DNA of 64,000 nt from assembly GCA_002104905.1 (NCBI GenBank), contig MCFE01000002.1, positions 1 through 64,000 of the forward strand, read 5' to 3'. Origin of the DNA: Basidiobolus meristosporus CBS 931.73. Taxonomy: Eukaryota; Fungi; Basidiobolomycota. Both the position numbers and the translations under genes were made by a program. Of the stretch, positions 50,101 through 62,761 are shown piece after piece. The stretch's first letter is position 1, and the number at the start of each line of letters is the position of its first letter. The notes beneath the pieces were generated by a model. That model was not told where the DNA came from and made no database searches. It saw only the letters and a program-made list of their open reading frames with translations.

Positions 50101-50331
50101 TTTAACAAGCACAGAATAACAGGTATGGTTGATCTTGCACTAGTTATCATATCCTTTTCCTTATTGACTTCATATTCTGTAGCGGCAATAATTAAACGAC
50201 TACTCTCCTTTCAATCACTCAGTCAACGATATCCTTTTCGGCCAGATGTCTCTGTATTCCCCAAGTGTGTCTTCATACGATATTATGAGGACTCTGAAAT
50301 TCGCCAGCTGAGCCTGGAGTGCGAGAAATGA
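47161..50331 (+). CDS. RasGEF (REM plus CDC25 domain), Lte1-like; multi-exon span
   Basis: REM: LVAGTVEKLIEKLTSEI/FFMTYRSFMSP. CDC25: IAQQFCIIEQ, IDRFNMV, VLGLQSSSISRLTKTW, CIPFFGLFLSDLTYN and LINFNKHR. Confidence 0.88.
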
Positions 50332-51080
50332 TCACTGACGAAAGGTTCTCAGCGAAAGAGTATTTTCGGGGCTACACACATGTTGTGTTGTATAGATTTG
50401 GATTTTGTTTAATTTCCTAGAAGAGCATCAACTTTCAAATCTCGAACTGAGCAGAGAATGGCTTCAGCCAAGATCATTTTCTTTCACAACCATTAGAGTT
50501 CATCAAGCTAACCGCTTTAAACAGGACAGGGGCGTATTTATTTTTGCATTCCATGTTCATCATTTTGAAGATTACTCTATAGTTTTGTTTGGCACAGTCT
50601 GGGAGCAGTCTGTCTACCTTATTTCTCTCGATAGAATAGAAGCGCGCTAGTGCCATTGGATATGTAAAAAGCCCTCTTTATCTGCACGATGATGATACTG
50701 ATAGGCTCTGTAATTTTATTGTATCTAATTTTGAATTTGACACAATGCATTGCATCTTGAGGCGATATAGCCTTTTGAATAGACTAGACTAGATGAAAGG
50801 AAATAAATGAGTTATTCTATTGTTGAAACTGCGCCAGGCCAATATTATATGGTTCACAGCGACCACCTTTAGCTTATCTTCTAGATGAGGATTGAAATAT
50901 CGTACCAAGAGCAGATGCCTCGTGTTATTACTGAGCATTAATGTTTATTAGAGATTTTAAATTTCCGCGTTAGAACGTGCACCCTGCTAGAGTGGCACAT
51001 GCCTAATACGCTAGTAAATGATAGGATAATAGTACAGGTTTTGCCGAATATTACAAAATGGTATCAAGATCAAACATTAA

Positions 51081-52849
51081 TTAAGCCTTCTCGAAATACA
51101 TTCTGCGAAAACGTTGAATAGAAGAAATGCTCTCGGAGAACCGATTGAATGTGTTGAATAGGGCCACAATTTCACTACGCTGCAAAAGGTTCGGATTTGC
51201 TCGAGCACCGAACTTGTAGTCATCATATGAGAAGAGGACCTTAAGTGCAGTACCCAACCCTGTGGTTTGAATTTTCCCCCACAACCTGCATTTCTCACAG
51301 CCTACGCAGTCCATTATTCTGGTTACATTTCGGAAATGGTTTTTGAACTCTTCTTTGAGCACCATAGATGCAGCATCATTGAAGAGTGCCTTTTCATCAA
51401 AGGTGGGTGGCGATGATTTGCTGTGCTGTAGTATTTGATGGATGGTTTCCTGGTGAACAACTTGTTAGCGGCCGTACTACTACGTAAATGGTAGAAACCT
51501 ATAGTCAGTTACCTTGATAGTGGTGTCCTCTTCGGGATTACCACCACAGTAATCATAGCCCTGGAGGTAGATCGACATTTTGTTGAGCGCACGTAGCAAG
51601 ATTGCATAGTTGAAGTAGATGTTCTCTATACGGTCAGCATGTTTTCCGACTCGTTCGTGGAAGCACTCGAAATTAGATTCCCACCGAGAAGTTGTCTGAT
51701 TGTAATATTCATCACATATATGAACAGATATGGAAGCATGCAGACCTGCCCGCGTGTTAGTACTGGAATTTCAAGCATCATATTCAGTTGGCATCGCCTG
51801 TACCTGACATTAGCCGGTAAAAAACTCTTTTTTCCAAACACGTCTCGTCCTCTTCCTTTGCCGTATCCACCAGGGCATTGGTCATTGGCGAGACATGATC
51901 GGCCCCATCAGAGATCAACCTGATAGGTGCGAAGCAGTTCTCCTCATATATCGCCTTCCATATCTTGTGGGCTGGCGGACCAGTGTATCCAGTGAACCGC
52001 TCGGGATTCCGGATCAGGTTAACATACACTCCATCTGGTCAGAAACAAGTTAATTATACCATCAAATCAGGTTAACTTCAAGATTTGCCGCACCTTGGGA
52101 ATTTTCATCGTCAAGTACGCAGAAGTCCTTATCCGTAAATTCACATTTTCTGAAAGGTCGTAATCCCTGATGTCACCTAATAAATATGAGTGTTCTCAAG
52201 AACCCCTCTCGAAATGGCCACTTACAAATCCAGCTGGCGAAAAGTCGATGGCGCTGAGCTTATTTTTAAGCTCTTCCGGCACTTCGGCCTACATTCCAGG
52301 GTCAGGGGAGTTTGTCTGCAGGTCAAGGTACAAAGAGAAAGCCTACCTCATCCATAACCTCGACGTTGCAATCCTTTCGGTTGCACAAATAGTTGTTGGG
52401 CCAGAAGGGACATTGCTTGTATAGATTGAGCTGAGGAGGGGAGTTAGAGTTGTTCAGTAAGGCAGCGACTTTGTGATTTACCTTGTAATAACGGAAAAAG
52501 GGTGTTTGCACCAACTTGTGCAGCTGGGTGGAAATGTGTTCGTTCACTGTGTTGATAGTTTCGAATTCACACGAGGAATCCGCAATCAAACCCACGGGCT
52601 AGCAATCCGTTTGGTAAGTACTGTGAATAAGTCAACACGAGTTGGAGAGCTTACTTTGCAATAGTTTGGATCGGTCAATATCCCAGACTCGTGAGTAGTA
52701 GTGTTCGAGAACAAATAGGACAATGGCTCTGAATAATAACCCCAAAGCCGGGCACACAATACCACCGCAAGTGTAGGGGCTAGATATTTGACCGCAAAGC
52801 TTTTGGAGTATCCGCCAGCTGGCTTAGCATCGTCTTTTATTTCCCCCAT
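51081..52849 (-). CDS. ERO1: ER oxidoreductin 1; multi-exon span
   Basis: QCPFW...C, YVNLIRNPERFTGY, CLEKRVFYRLMSG and MDCVGCEKCRLWGKIQTTGLGTALKVLF (CxxCxxC). Confidence 0.96.
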
Positions 52850-55800
52850 TGGTAAAGGAAATTGGAAGAGCTATTGATAAGAGGTGAAGGTGATTTGGTA
52901 AGAGTAAAAGCGGAGCACTGTGACAGTGTTATAAAGCTGTGGTTTGAAAAATTTATAGCTTGGGCTGGACTGCTTTTCAGCATGGAGGATTGATTGACGG
53001 GGAATATATGTTCAAAAAAGCACTGCATATGTGATCAATCCTTGATTAATTATGAATCCTTAAAAACCATCCAATCGTCTGTGGACGAACAGTGAATTAC
53101 CAGAGTCAAAATGTATATCTGACTATATTTGTATAATGTGCAACTTGCATCTTAGGCTTGTTCCACGCAAATTATCAAAGCATATCCAATTGAGTGCAGA
53201 CACGCCCATCTTGGCAGGAAGCCTAACCTACTACGCCGACCATCTCACCATTACCAGTGGCCACTTGTTTAATCGATGACCAGCGTAACAGAGCCAGATA
53301 GTCAGCCATAACTCCCGCGTTCTTCGGCGACTTAATGAAATAGCGTTCCATGATCAATGTGTCTGACGTTGATTTGACCTCCCAATATGCTCGTGCTGCG
53401 AAACACTCTAAAACGCTTTTTCTAACTCTCAAGCTGTAGGCCGAATTCATCATATCTCTGCTGATTTTCGTCATCAATTTTACTTCTCGCCGTGTGAGCC
53501 AATAGCCTTACGGCAAAGTGAATGTTTCCGAGGCAGGTCATGAAACGACTGTGTATATTACTAATCTATTCAACCGAGAACCCTCGATATGCATGTCAGC
53601 GTTAATCTCTTTAACTAGGACTCGTAAGTATAGTTTGCCGCATGCATGGAAATGGCTTGACCTCTGTATGGCCTGTTCATCAGGATTCAAACCTTACCCC
53701 AGCGCACCTAGAGCAAAGAGTGTGGCCAATACATTAGGAGGCGTGATAAGCAGCTAATGAACATATTCCAACACCAGTATTGGCTAAATTCAACACATAT
53801 CTGCCGCTGTAACGGAGAATTGTTATGGTGGACTAACTATCAACTCCCTAATAAATCTGAAACTACTGGGCTGGTAATTAACCAGCCATATTTCCTTGGC
53901 AGATATTGTTGACTGTCTTGGCTGCTACCAATAGTCATTCGTATGATCTGCACCATTCAATCATTACAAGCACGTACAGATCTAGGCTATTCTCACAACT
54001 CGTTTATACTCGAACATCTCAAATCTCATCCCAAGACAAGTACTGAGGTTACTTGCATGCTTGAAATATAGATAAATCACGCTACAGCTACCACCCTGCG
54101 CCTGCTGATGGACCCAGCATAATTGTACGCCAATCATTATCCCTTCCTTTCATTTGAGAGTTCGCACTAAGTAATAACCAATATTACGTGTAGTTTGGTG
54201 TCTGCTGTGTGCCTTCCTCCCTTCCCTGATCCAAGAATATGCATTTCCTACATGGTAAGCTCTAATGCTACCCATAGAACTAACCTATAAAATGGCAAAA
54301 TAAAATGGCAGAACACTGATTTCTCTATAACTGGAATGGGGTAAAGATAGTAGAGGTAGAATATTTTTTAAATAGCAATGTTCTCATATTTCTAAGTCTA
54401 AATTCATAGAGCTCACTTCATAGCAACTTATTAAGAAACACTTTCTCATGATGATTGGATACAGGGTTTAGTTGATTTGTTAATCATTTGGACTCAGAAT
54501 AAACAAAACGTTACACGTAGCTAATTCAGAGTTTCTGCTGAAAGATGAAGCAGATGGAAAATGCTCGTTCTTCCATAGTATTTCAAATTTTGCGTGTATT
54601 TACTCAATAAATCAAAATGTGAATATATAGCTTTTAATGCTCTGAATTGCCAGAAATTCCTTCTGTTACTTGCGTGTTGTTAGCAAGGCTTATGATTTGA
54701 ACTTGTGAGCTATTTGATGAAACAGTTTTCAGTGTATGTATAGATTATGTGCATCGCGTGGCATATAAACATTGATTACTGAAAGTTAAATGAACTAGAT
54801 GCTATTTGTTACCACTAAGTTCAATTCAGGTATATATCCATTTTGACGAACCTCGTAAAACTAGTGATAATAATACTTTCAAAAAGGTCTTAGGAAGTGG
54901 TGTATGAAGTTTGGGGTAGATGGGATAAGCTATAAAATTCTGATAGCTTCTAGTTCTTCACGAACTCAGAGATTAGCTTGTATCTCACAACTAGATCTAG
55001 ACAGCAGTCCATTATTTAGCAGTTTTCTATATGCAAACATGTAAGAATAATTAGGTGCTTTGCCCTATAGTTATTTCAATGCTATTTAGTCAAAACTGAG
55101 CTTCAGAGCATTTGCAGGGCTTCACGAAAGTAACTCTGTGAATGTCTGCAGAAAGGTCTTAGAAAGTTCTGTGCAAAGCTAGAGGCTGTTTTGGAAAGTC
55201 TGAAGCTATAACCTACTTCCAGGGCTTCTATTTCAGTGGATTGGTGAATTCTGAGTTGACATTCGTTCCGCCAATAAGCCATGTTGTAAATCATGATGAA
55301 TAAATGATTTACATTTTTTATACCAAGTACTAATTCAAGTATTCATCATACCTAGAAGTACATAATGAATTTGCAAAGCAAGGTCTCAATCGATTGCCTT
55401 CCACAGTACACTTCTATGTTGAATTTTGCCTATCTATGCCAAAGCATAAACTCATCGCTGCTGAATTAACTAACCAGTGAGAAAATCAATCTAAATGCCC
55501 CCAAATCATTATCTAGTTCCCACATCCTCTTGCCTCAGTTTCACCATCAATGATTGATAAGGGAGATACTGTATGTGAATAAACAGGCCCAGCTATAAGC
55601 AGCTACATTTCAAATTAGTAACTTCATTATCAAGTGGAAGAGTGACCTAGTTGAGTTCAATCGAAATTCATCATACTTCGTCATCTCACCGTAGCAAATA
55701 TTTAGTCATCCAAATGGGTTCAAAATAGTTGAGTATTACAATGACTGAAAGAAAACAAATATATATAATGGATTTGATCAATCGTTTCAGGTAAGTCTTA

Positions 55801-56899
55801 AAATGCTAAAGCTAATAGAAATGACATTTTCTAGTAGAGATAAGCTTGGGAATTTCGAAGGTGTATCTGACAGGTTTTAGTGCCGGATCAAATTGCATGC
55901 CCAGGTCTAAACACTATCTGTTCGATTAGTCACGAGCCTTGGACAGAAGAAATAACAATACCGTTTACTGACTTTTGTTCTTGATACAGTATCGACGTAT
56001 CAGCATGATTATTGGTCTCCTAGATCAAGTGAATTGGCAGTTAAACACTAGTTACCTACACATATTTATACGCCCCTGTAGATTCCTATCGTAATGCTCG
56101 TCAAGTATGATCTGTGGGATACGCCATAGATTGACTATGAAGTATCCTGTATTCAAAATTCGGAAATATCACCAATTGCCCCCAATATGCTCTACTTAAA
56201 TTGACCATTTTCCAAATATTTGCAGCAGGTGCTATGCCACACTCAGAGTGGGATGAGGGTCGCACTAGAAAGCCATTATTTGACATGCCCAGGGCAAAAT
56301 AATTTGTAGCTTCGAGTAGATCCCTATTCTTGCGAAACAACACCACGAACTTCCGTCGAATCCAATATCTACTTGGCTGATTTCTGATGGTTATCAGAGA
56401 CTGTACGTCAAATTAGAAGTTCAAATGCATTCCAAGCACAATACTTACAAATAGATATATTCTTTGAGCATTTCTTGGCCACTCTTGTCCTAATTCTCAC
56501 TCAGATTGCCCTGATTTAGACACACCGAGTGTACAACATACACACTCATTGGTAGGGAGGCGCTGGACGTGATTCCACAATATCAACCCATCTGAGCTAA
56601 CTCTGGTTGGGATCACCTCAATGTGAAGCGTCTACATTTTTGTTTGTAACCTCATTTTCAGAGAAATCGCTTTTCCTCTTTAAAATGGGATCTGTGGGTA
56701 TGAGCGTCTGGGGTAAAAGAGCATAGCTTGAGCTACTGTCGAATAATGCCAATTGTACTAAAACCTCTATTGTCAATAATGCACAATAAATGGTCATGTT
56801 CAACTGTTTAGTCCAGATTAGGCTTTGTTGATTCGCCCGTCTTAAACTAGCAATACATTTTATAAACGGAATCAGCCAAGTTGCCCCACAAATTACTCA

Positions 56900-57640
56900 G
56901 CACCATGTTTCGAAATCTGCAGCTCAGTATGCAACGTAGTTGGCGCACTTTAACCATCACCAAAGTCAATATAATCTTACCTATATCTATTCCCATGGTC
57001 ATTATTTTGTGCACATTTATGGCATGTCATCTGTGGTCACATCGCCGGGCAAAATTGAACCTGACGCTGGACCAGAAATAATAAACAAAATGTTGCAGTG
57101 GATTCCACAACCAACCTTATATTTTGTCAACTGAGTCATCTCAAATAGGAAATTCTTGCGTCATTAAGGATATAGCTTGGCTCCACTTGAAGCTGTATAT
57201 CTCGATAGTAAGATCAAACCGACGCCACCGAATGAAACCTATGTACCCTTTAAGCATTGAACCTAAATTTACAGACGGCTCAGGTGGCAATCTGATTGGA
57301 ACTCTTATGGAGGGCTCGATCGTACAGTTGAAACATAGTTACCACTGTTCAAACGGAATACGTGAGTGAATTTCAGAGCCTGAGAAATGAAGTGGATCTT
57401 CAATCGGCTATCGTTTATCCTTCACTTGATCTGCACTGGCTTGAGATCGGAACCTGAGTCAGTATCTGATACCTCATCGGCATGGCGACATCCATCTCCA
57501 CTCTCAACTACTTTCTCCACCAGAGGAAGCTGAGGTAACAAACCCGTTATCAAGAAGAGCCCAAATTCACACTACTCTCAAAGTCTCTTGGCTCAGAAAG
57601 GTTGATTGTCATATAGTATGCTAACGGTTCCAGTACTCGA
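56900..57640 (+). pseudogene. Possible highly decayed Ty3/Gypsy integrase-chromodomain relic
   Basis: Faint collinear motifs: GYSLAPLEAVY (cf. G.SPFE..Y), PEK*SGSSI..YRL (cf. PKWxGPFxI..YxL) and EEAEV...LKVSW (cf. chromodomain). Many stops. Confidence 0.25.
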
Positions 57641-58443
57641 TTGGGAGGAAGATGTACTCCATGTTCCATTGCCTGTAGTAGTAGTTAAGCCACATTACAC
57701 CAATGCTACGTTTTGAAACCAAATTCCAGCCAAATCAAATCATCAATCGGACTCATTACCTAGCTAATTCGATAGTGATATTTCTTGTTACCAACCGGTT
57801 TCGGCAAAGGAAAAGCGAATATGTCAGTAATAGACATGGGTTGCCATGTTTTTGTAACACCAAAGTTGACTTGTTCCATTTACTATATTGAATCTGGTGC
57901 GCGATCTCTCGTGGGGAATATACTGAAGAGGTGAGTTCGAATTGGTGGACATGTCCCAAGTCTTTAGTGACCATCGAAATATTATCCTGACTAAATAGAT
58001 TGACAAGATATTGTATTCTTGCTTTGACAGCGTATTCATGCGTTACTGTCGGTGTATTGCAATGGTGAGATATTGTCAGAAAACACCATTCTATTTGAAA
58101 TTACTCCCAGATTTTGTGTACTTTGAGGACAAAGCGACCAATCAAGTGCTGTGAGTGTGGCCAGAGATAGTCCATATTTAGATATATCAATAAAGTGTCA
58201 TGAGTGTACATTGCTTTTGGTAACTTGCTTGATCAAAAAGCATGAGACCTAATTAGCTTCTTTGGTGAATAAATCATGGCGAGTTTCATATAAAAAGATT
58301 TCATCTGGAGTAGTCAATTTCAATCAACTCCCCTCTCCCAGCTCACGTTCTCAAACAATCTCTTAGATATTGTCGAGGTCATCTTTCGTTCTGGTCATCT
58401 GTTAACGCGCACACGCTCTCCCTGGTTCTAAACCCCAGCCATT

Positions 58444-59721
58444 ATGCCGGAAAAAATAACTACTCGTGATTCTTCTAGCAAGGAGATTCATCAGCTCGAG
58501 TTTGAAGAGGAAGCAGACAAACACAGAACTGGGTCTAGTTTCGGCGCTTACTTCAACATAGTGTGTGTTATCGCAGGTACTGGTACTTTACAGCTGCCGC
58601 TAACATTGAAGCAAGGTGGATGGATTTCTATCATCATGATAATTCTATCTGCATGCATTGCCACATACACTGGAAATCTTCTTATCAAGTGCCTCTATTA
58701 CGATGGTGTCACTCGATTACCTGACTACCCTTCTGTTGGAGAGGCTGCCTACGGCAAGTACGGAAAGATCTTTGTTAGAGTGTTCTATTATTCGATACAG
58801 CTTGGCGCATCCTGCATTTACATTCTACTCGCTGGACAAAATGCCCATGCTCTCCTAACAGACTGGGGTGTTCAGGTGAACCCGAAAATTTGTACTATAG
58901 TTGCCGCTGTTGTCATATGTATTCCGTATATAACATTGAAAACCCTCAAAGAGGTTGCTTTTTTAGCAGTTTTTGGAGCCATCGCAACATTGGTGGTAGT
59001 TTTTGTGGTGGTAGTGGAAGGATTTCTTCATTTACCAAGCCTCAAGGACAAGGATTACGGACATGCCTTTGCTCACGGGTCGGGAATTCCGATTGCTCTT
59101 GCATCTATTAGTTTCTCGTATGGCGGCAATGTCATCTACCCACACGTCGAGGAAGGAATGCGTCACCCCAAGTCCTGGAACAAGGTCTTACTGATGGCCA
59201 TCGGCACTATCACCGCTATGTATATGTTGATCAGCGTCTGTGGGTACTATATTTACGGCAATCAAACAGATTCGCCAATTTACAACAATATTCCTGCAAA
59301 CGCCGGCTACTTCGTGGCGGTCGTCCTGATTACGATACACGTTATCCTTGCTGCGCCCATCTTGCTCACGAGCTTTGCCAATGAGATGGAGATGATTTTC
59401 AAGATCGATAGAAAGTACCACAGCGCATCCAAGGAGTTTCTTCTTCGCGCCTCCCTCCGAGCTGTAGTGATTGTCGTACTGACACTGATTGCGCTATTCC
59501 TTCCTCACGTTCCTGAACTAATGTCGCTGGTTGGTGCTTTGTCAAACTGCATCATTGTGTTTGTGGCACCGATTATCCTTTATCTTAAACTCTACGGATG
59601 GAGAAGCATCTCCAAGCTGGAGCTACTATGGTGCCTTATTGTAATCGCCATCGGCTTGCTCGGGTGTGTACTCGGAGCCAAAGATGCCATCATATCACTT
59701 ATCGAGAAGACCAAAGCATAA
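58444..59721 (+). CDS. Amino acid/auxin permease (AAAP, Avt1-like) transporter, intronless
   Basis: GAYFNIVCVIAGTGTLQLP, YPSVGEAAYG, FSYGGNVIYPHVEEGMRHPK and LVGALS; about 11 hydrophobic segments. Confidence 0.95.
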   Translation: MPEKITTRDSSSKEIHQLEFEEEADKHRTGSSFGAYFNIVCVIAGTGTLQLPLTLKQGGWISIIMIILSACIATYTGNLLIKCLYYDGVTRLPDYPSVGEAAYGKYGKIFVRVFYYSIQLGASCIYILLAGQNAHALLTDWGVQVNPKICTIVAAVVICIPYITLKTLKEVAFLAVFGAIATLVVVFVVVVEGFLHLPSLKDKDYGHAFAHGSGIPIALASISFSYGGNVIYPHVEEGMRHPKSWNKVLLMAIGTITAMYMLISVCGYYIYGNQTDSPIYNNIPANAGYFVAVVLITIHVILAAPILLTSFANEMEMIFKIDRKYHSASKEFLLRASLRAVVIVVLTLIALFLPHVPELMSLVGALSNCIIVFVAPIILYLKLYGWRSISKLELLWCLIVIAIGLLGCVLGAKDAIISLIEKTKA

Positions 59722-62700
59722 CGACGGCAAGCAACCTTCGCTATTACCTGTTGGATTGACACCATCCCGATTTGTACCTACGAGAAATTTCCCTCCTGAA
59801 CAGGCAACATTACTCCTAGAATAATCGTTGCCAAACTCCACTCGAGAAATAAACCTGCTTAATCCTGTGGCGTTTCACCTCGCAAATCAAATTGACATAA
59901 GGATTGTTCATTCTGCATGGCTGTTAACGTATTAGGGAGATGCCCAATTGAGTCACCATCCAGTAGATGGTGATTAGTGAAGCATGCATAGGAATTGGGG
60001 ATCTGATGAAAAAGGCGATCATGTATTACTGAAACCCCCTATTGTTCCACTATGTTGGGGATTGAGATGCATCGTGCTGCCCATACCAACCCACACTCGT
60101 CGCATAGCGAACCTGAAACAGTCCCACGGTGCTGCATTATCCTACGGCTGTGAGAATAACCCCATGCTCGAGGAATATCGTGGCCAAATTCCACTCGAGC
60201 CCACTGCCTCAAATGATTTTCATGATCATCCAGAGCAGCCACATTTTAGGCAACGTTGAGCCTTGTGTTACGACTTTTGGTCGGATCAAAGGAGTATTGC
60301 GGATTAGTCACCAATGCGCTATGCATTTTTTTGGCCAAAAGGTATTCAGATTCCCAGTACCGTACTAACAACTTCTTTAGTCACAGAGATGATGCGGAAG
60401 TGCCACAATCATGACCGACACAAAGATTGGCATTGATTCACCTGGCTCATTGGGATGGGCTTTGTGACCAAGGCCAAAGAGCACAAGGGAGCACCGAAGG
60501 TCATTTTTGTCAGTTGAGAATCCACAGATACTGTGATGCCTGCCGCGCGTCTTCAAGTCAACTCCACGAGGAGTTCCTTTAAGGTACACGGGGTTTTCCA
60601 TAAAAGATGCCGAAATGTTTTCCCATAGCATGGATGGCAAGTGTGAGAGTAATGTGATAGGGCAGACAAGGATCATTCATCAAGTGTGAAAGTGTATACA
60701 TTACGTCGCATTCTGTGCATTTGGAGGTCCAATCTCATCTGATTTTGGAGTTGCGGAGTATTCCTATTATCAATTCCTGGATTACCTTGCCATGTTGAGT
60801 TAAGATTAGTCATTGACTTGATGAACAGTGAAGCTAAATTTGGAATTTGATATTCAATCAGGTATCCCTGACTATATCTGCTAGAAGCAATTTCGGGTGA
60901 AACTGTACTGGATTGTAGTTTACGGTGGGACAATCAGTAGTATAATAATGCCACTGGCTAATAGGGCCTTCTTTATAGATTATCTTATCTACACATCTTT
61001 CTCAAATGTTACGTTGCTTCAGTAAAATAGAAAATTACTGAGGTGCAAAAAGACTATTGTTGAAAAGTGCATTATAAACCGATCTATGCTACTTTTGTGT
61101 GTCTGCCTTTAAGATGCTAGACTTGTTTATGCTTTAAGAGCTTTGGTGCTATTGGAAGTGATTGAGAGAAATAGTAGACTTTATGGGCTTTACGTAGTGA
61201 TTTATTAAATATAAGTGTTGTATTTATTACTTTAGATATTCAGTTTCCACCTAAACCATTCATATACCTTAAGATTCTACATCGCTTATTGCATAACTAT
61301 GAATTGTTTGCTTGAGATTTGGTTTGCAAGATATCAGCTAATTCTTAGAGCTAGTGATGGCCTGGTAGTTATCAAGATTTTCAAGCTTAGTTGTTTAAAG
61401 CATTTCATCATCAACTTTGTGAAGTTTGTCTAAAGATATAAACACTGTAGCTGGAATAAACAAAACAACAAGTAAATAGCATGCAACTCCTCTAGTTGTC
61501 CAAGTCACTTCCAATACTCTCTAGAATATTGCAACACTGATACTCCCTATGAAAAATCTCAAACTTGAAATTCAGTTGATTTTCAGCTGGTATTCCGCTG
61601 GTGTTTTTTGTTCAAATTTTCATTTGCAATTTTTGATGGAAGTAGTGGGCAGCTAGTTACCAAGTTTGACACAAAAGTTTTGAGAAACTTGGAATTCAGC
61701 TGATATTATGATGGTATTCTGCTGGCCTTTTCTTAATTTTTTTTCATAGAGTATGCCAGGGTGTATTAATTGTAGAATCCTTTATGCCTTTGCTTACTAT
61801 CTACAGCTATTACTATAACTAATATCTTACCAACTAAGTCCTAGGCATATATTTCATAATTTAGCAATAAGCTAAATTGAAGCCTCAGACATATGAGTAA
61901 TCTTTGGTGAAAATATTCCAAGTAAATCTCGACACAGAATCTGTTCAGGAAATAATAGAGTTCATTGACTACGATCTACATGACCAAGCTAATGGAAATA
62001 TTGAGGAGTAAATTCGAAATTTACAACACTATCAACGACCCTTTAAGATGCAAATATAATATCTAAAATTTACATATTTCGTGAAGTAGGGTAGAATACT
62101 ATCCAAAAAAGCACAAAACCCAAGATCGGAATTTCTATCATCTGGATACCTTGATTGATGTATAAAGTATGCTGTGAAAGGTCAAAGGGATCTTGTGGCC
62201 AGCATCGAAAGCCCTACACCCGTTCAAAATTACCAGTAAAAATATCTACTATGAATAATTCCGCAGCAATATCTCATCAGAAACTAGGGCTATTTAAACA
62301 TAATACTACCACATAATGTGTAGGCCCATATGTGCATTATTCCTGTGCAAAGTACGAAATGTGATGTGATGAGCGTTCGAAAATTTCTGTTTGTACGCGA
62401 GATGGAATACCGCCGAAAAATCCATTTTGGAAGTAGTTTACTAAGCGGCCGATTCCAAGTCCATATTATGTTGATACATTTGAGAATACAGCGACAGCTT
62501 AACTTGAACAAAGCATACATTTCTTGATTTTGTTGCTAATTTCTACCGGAATTTCCAAGTTGAAATGCCTGCAGCTGTATGCACCGATGTTCATACAAAT
62601 GGGTCTATATAAAGGCTTGATTTATAGCAAAACATGTAAGTTCTCTTTTATTTGACCACTGGGGAAGGTGTGGGCATATCAACGGTATAAAAAATTGAAA

Positions 62701-62761
62701 AACATGTGGTCAAGTGGTAGAACAAATAAATGGAGAATGGTCATTAATTGTTAAAAACCCA

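Noticed and set aside
54300-55900. Possible L1-like endonuclease/RT remnant in the AT-rich block
   Set aside because: Only isolated few-residue resemblances, not collinear enough to support a call.
59984-60933. Cluster of 70-100-codon ORFs on both strands after the permease
   Set aside because: No domain motifs, and mutually overlapping; could be decayed sequence but it is unsupported.
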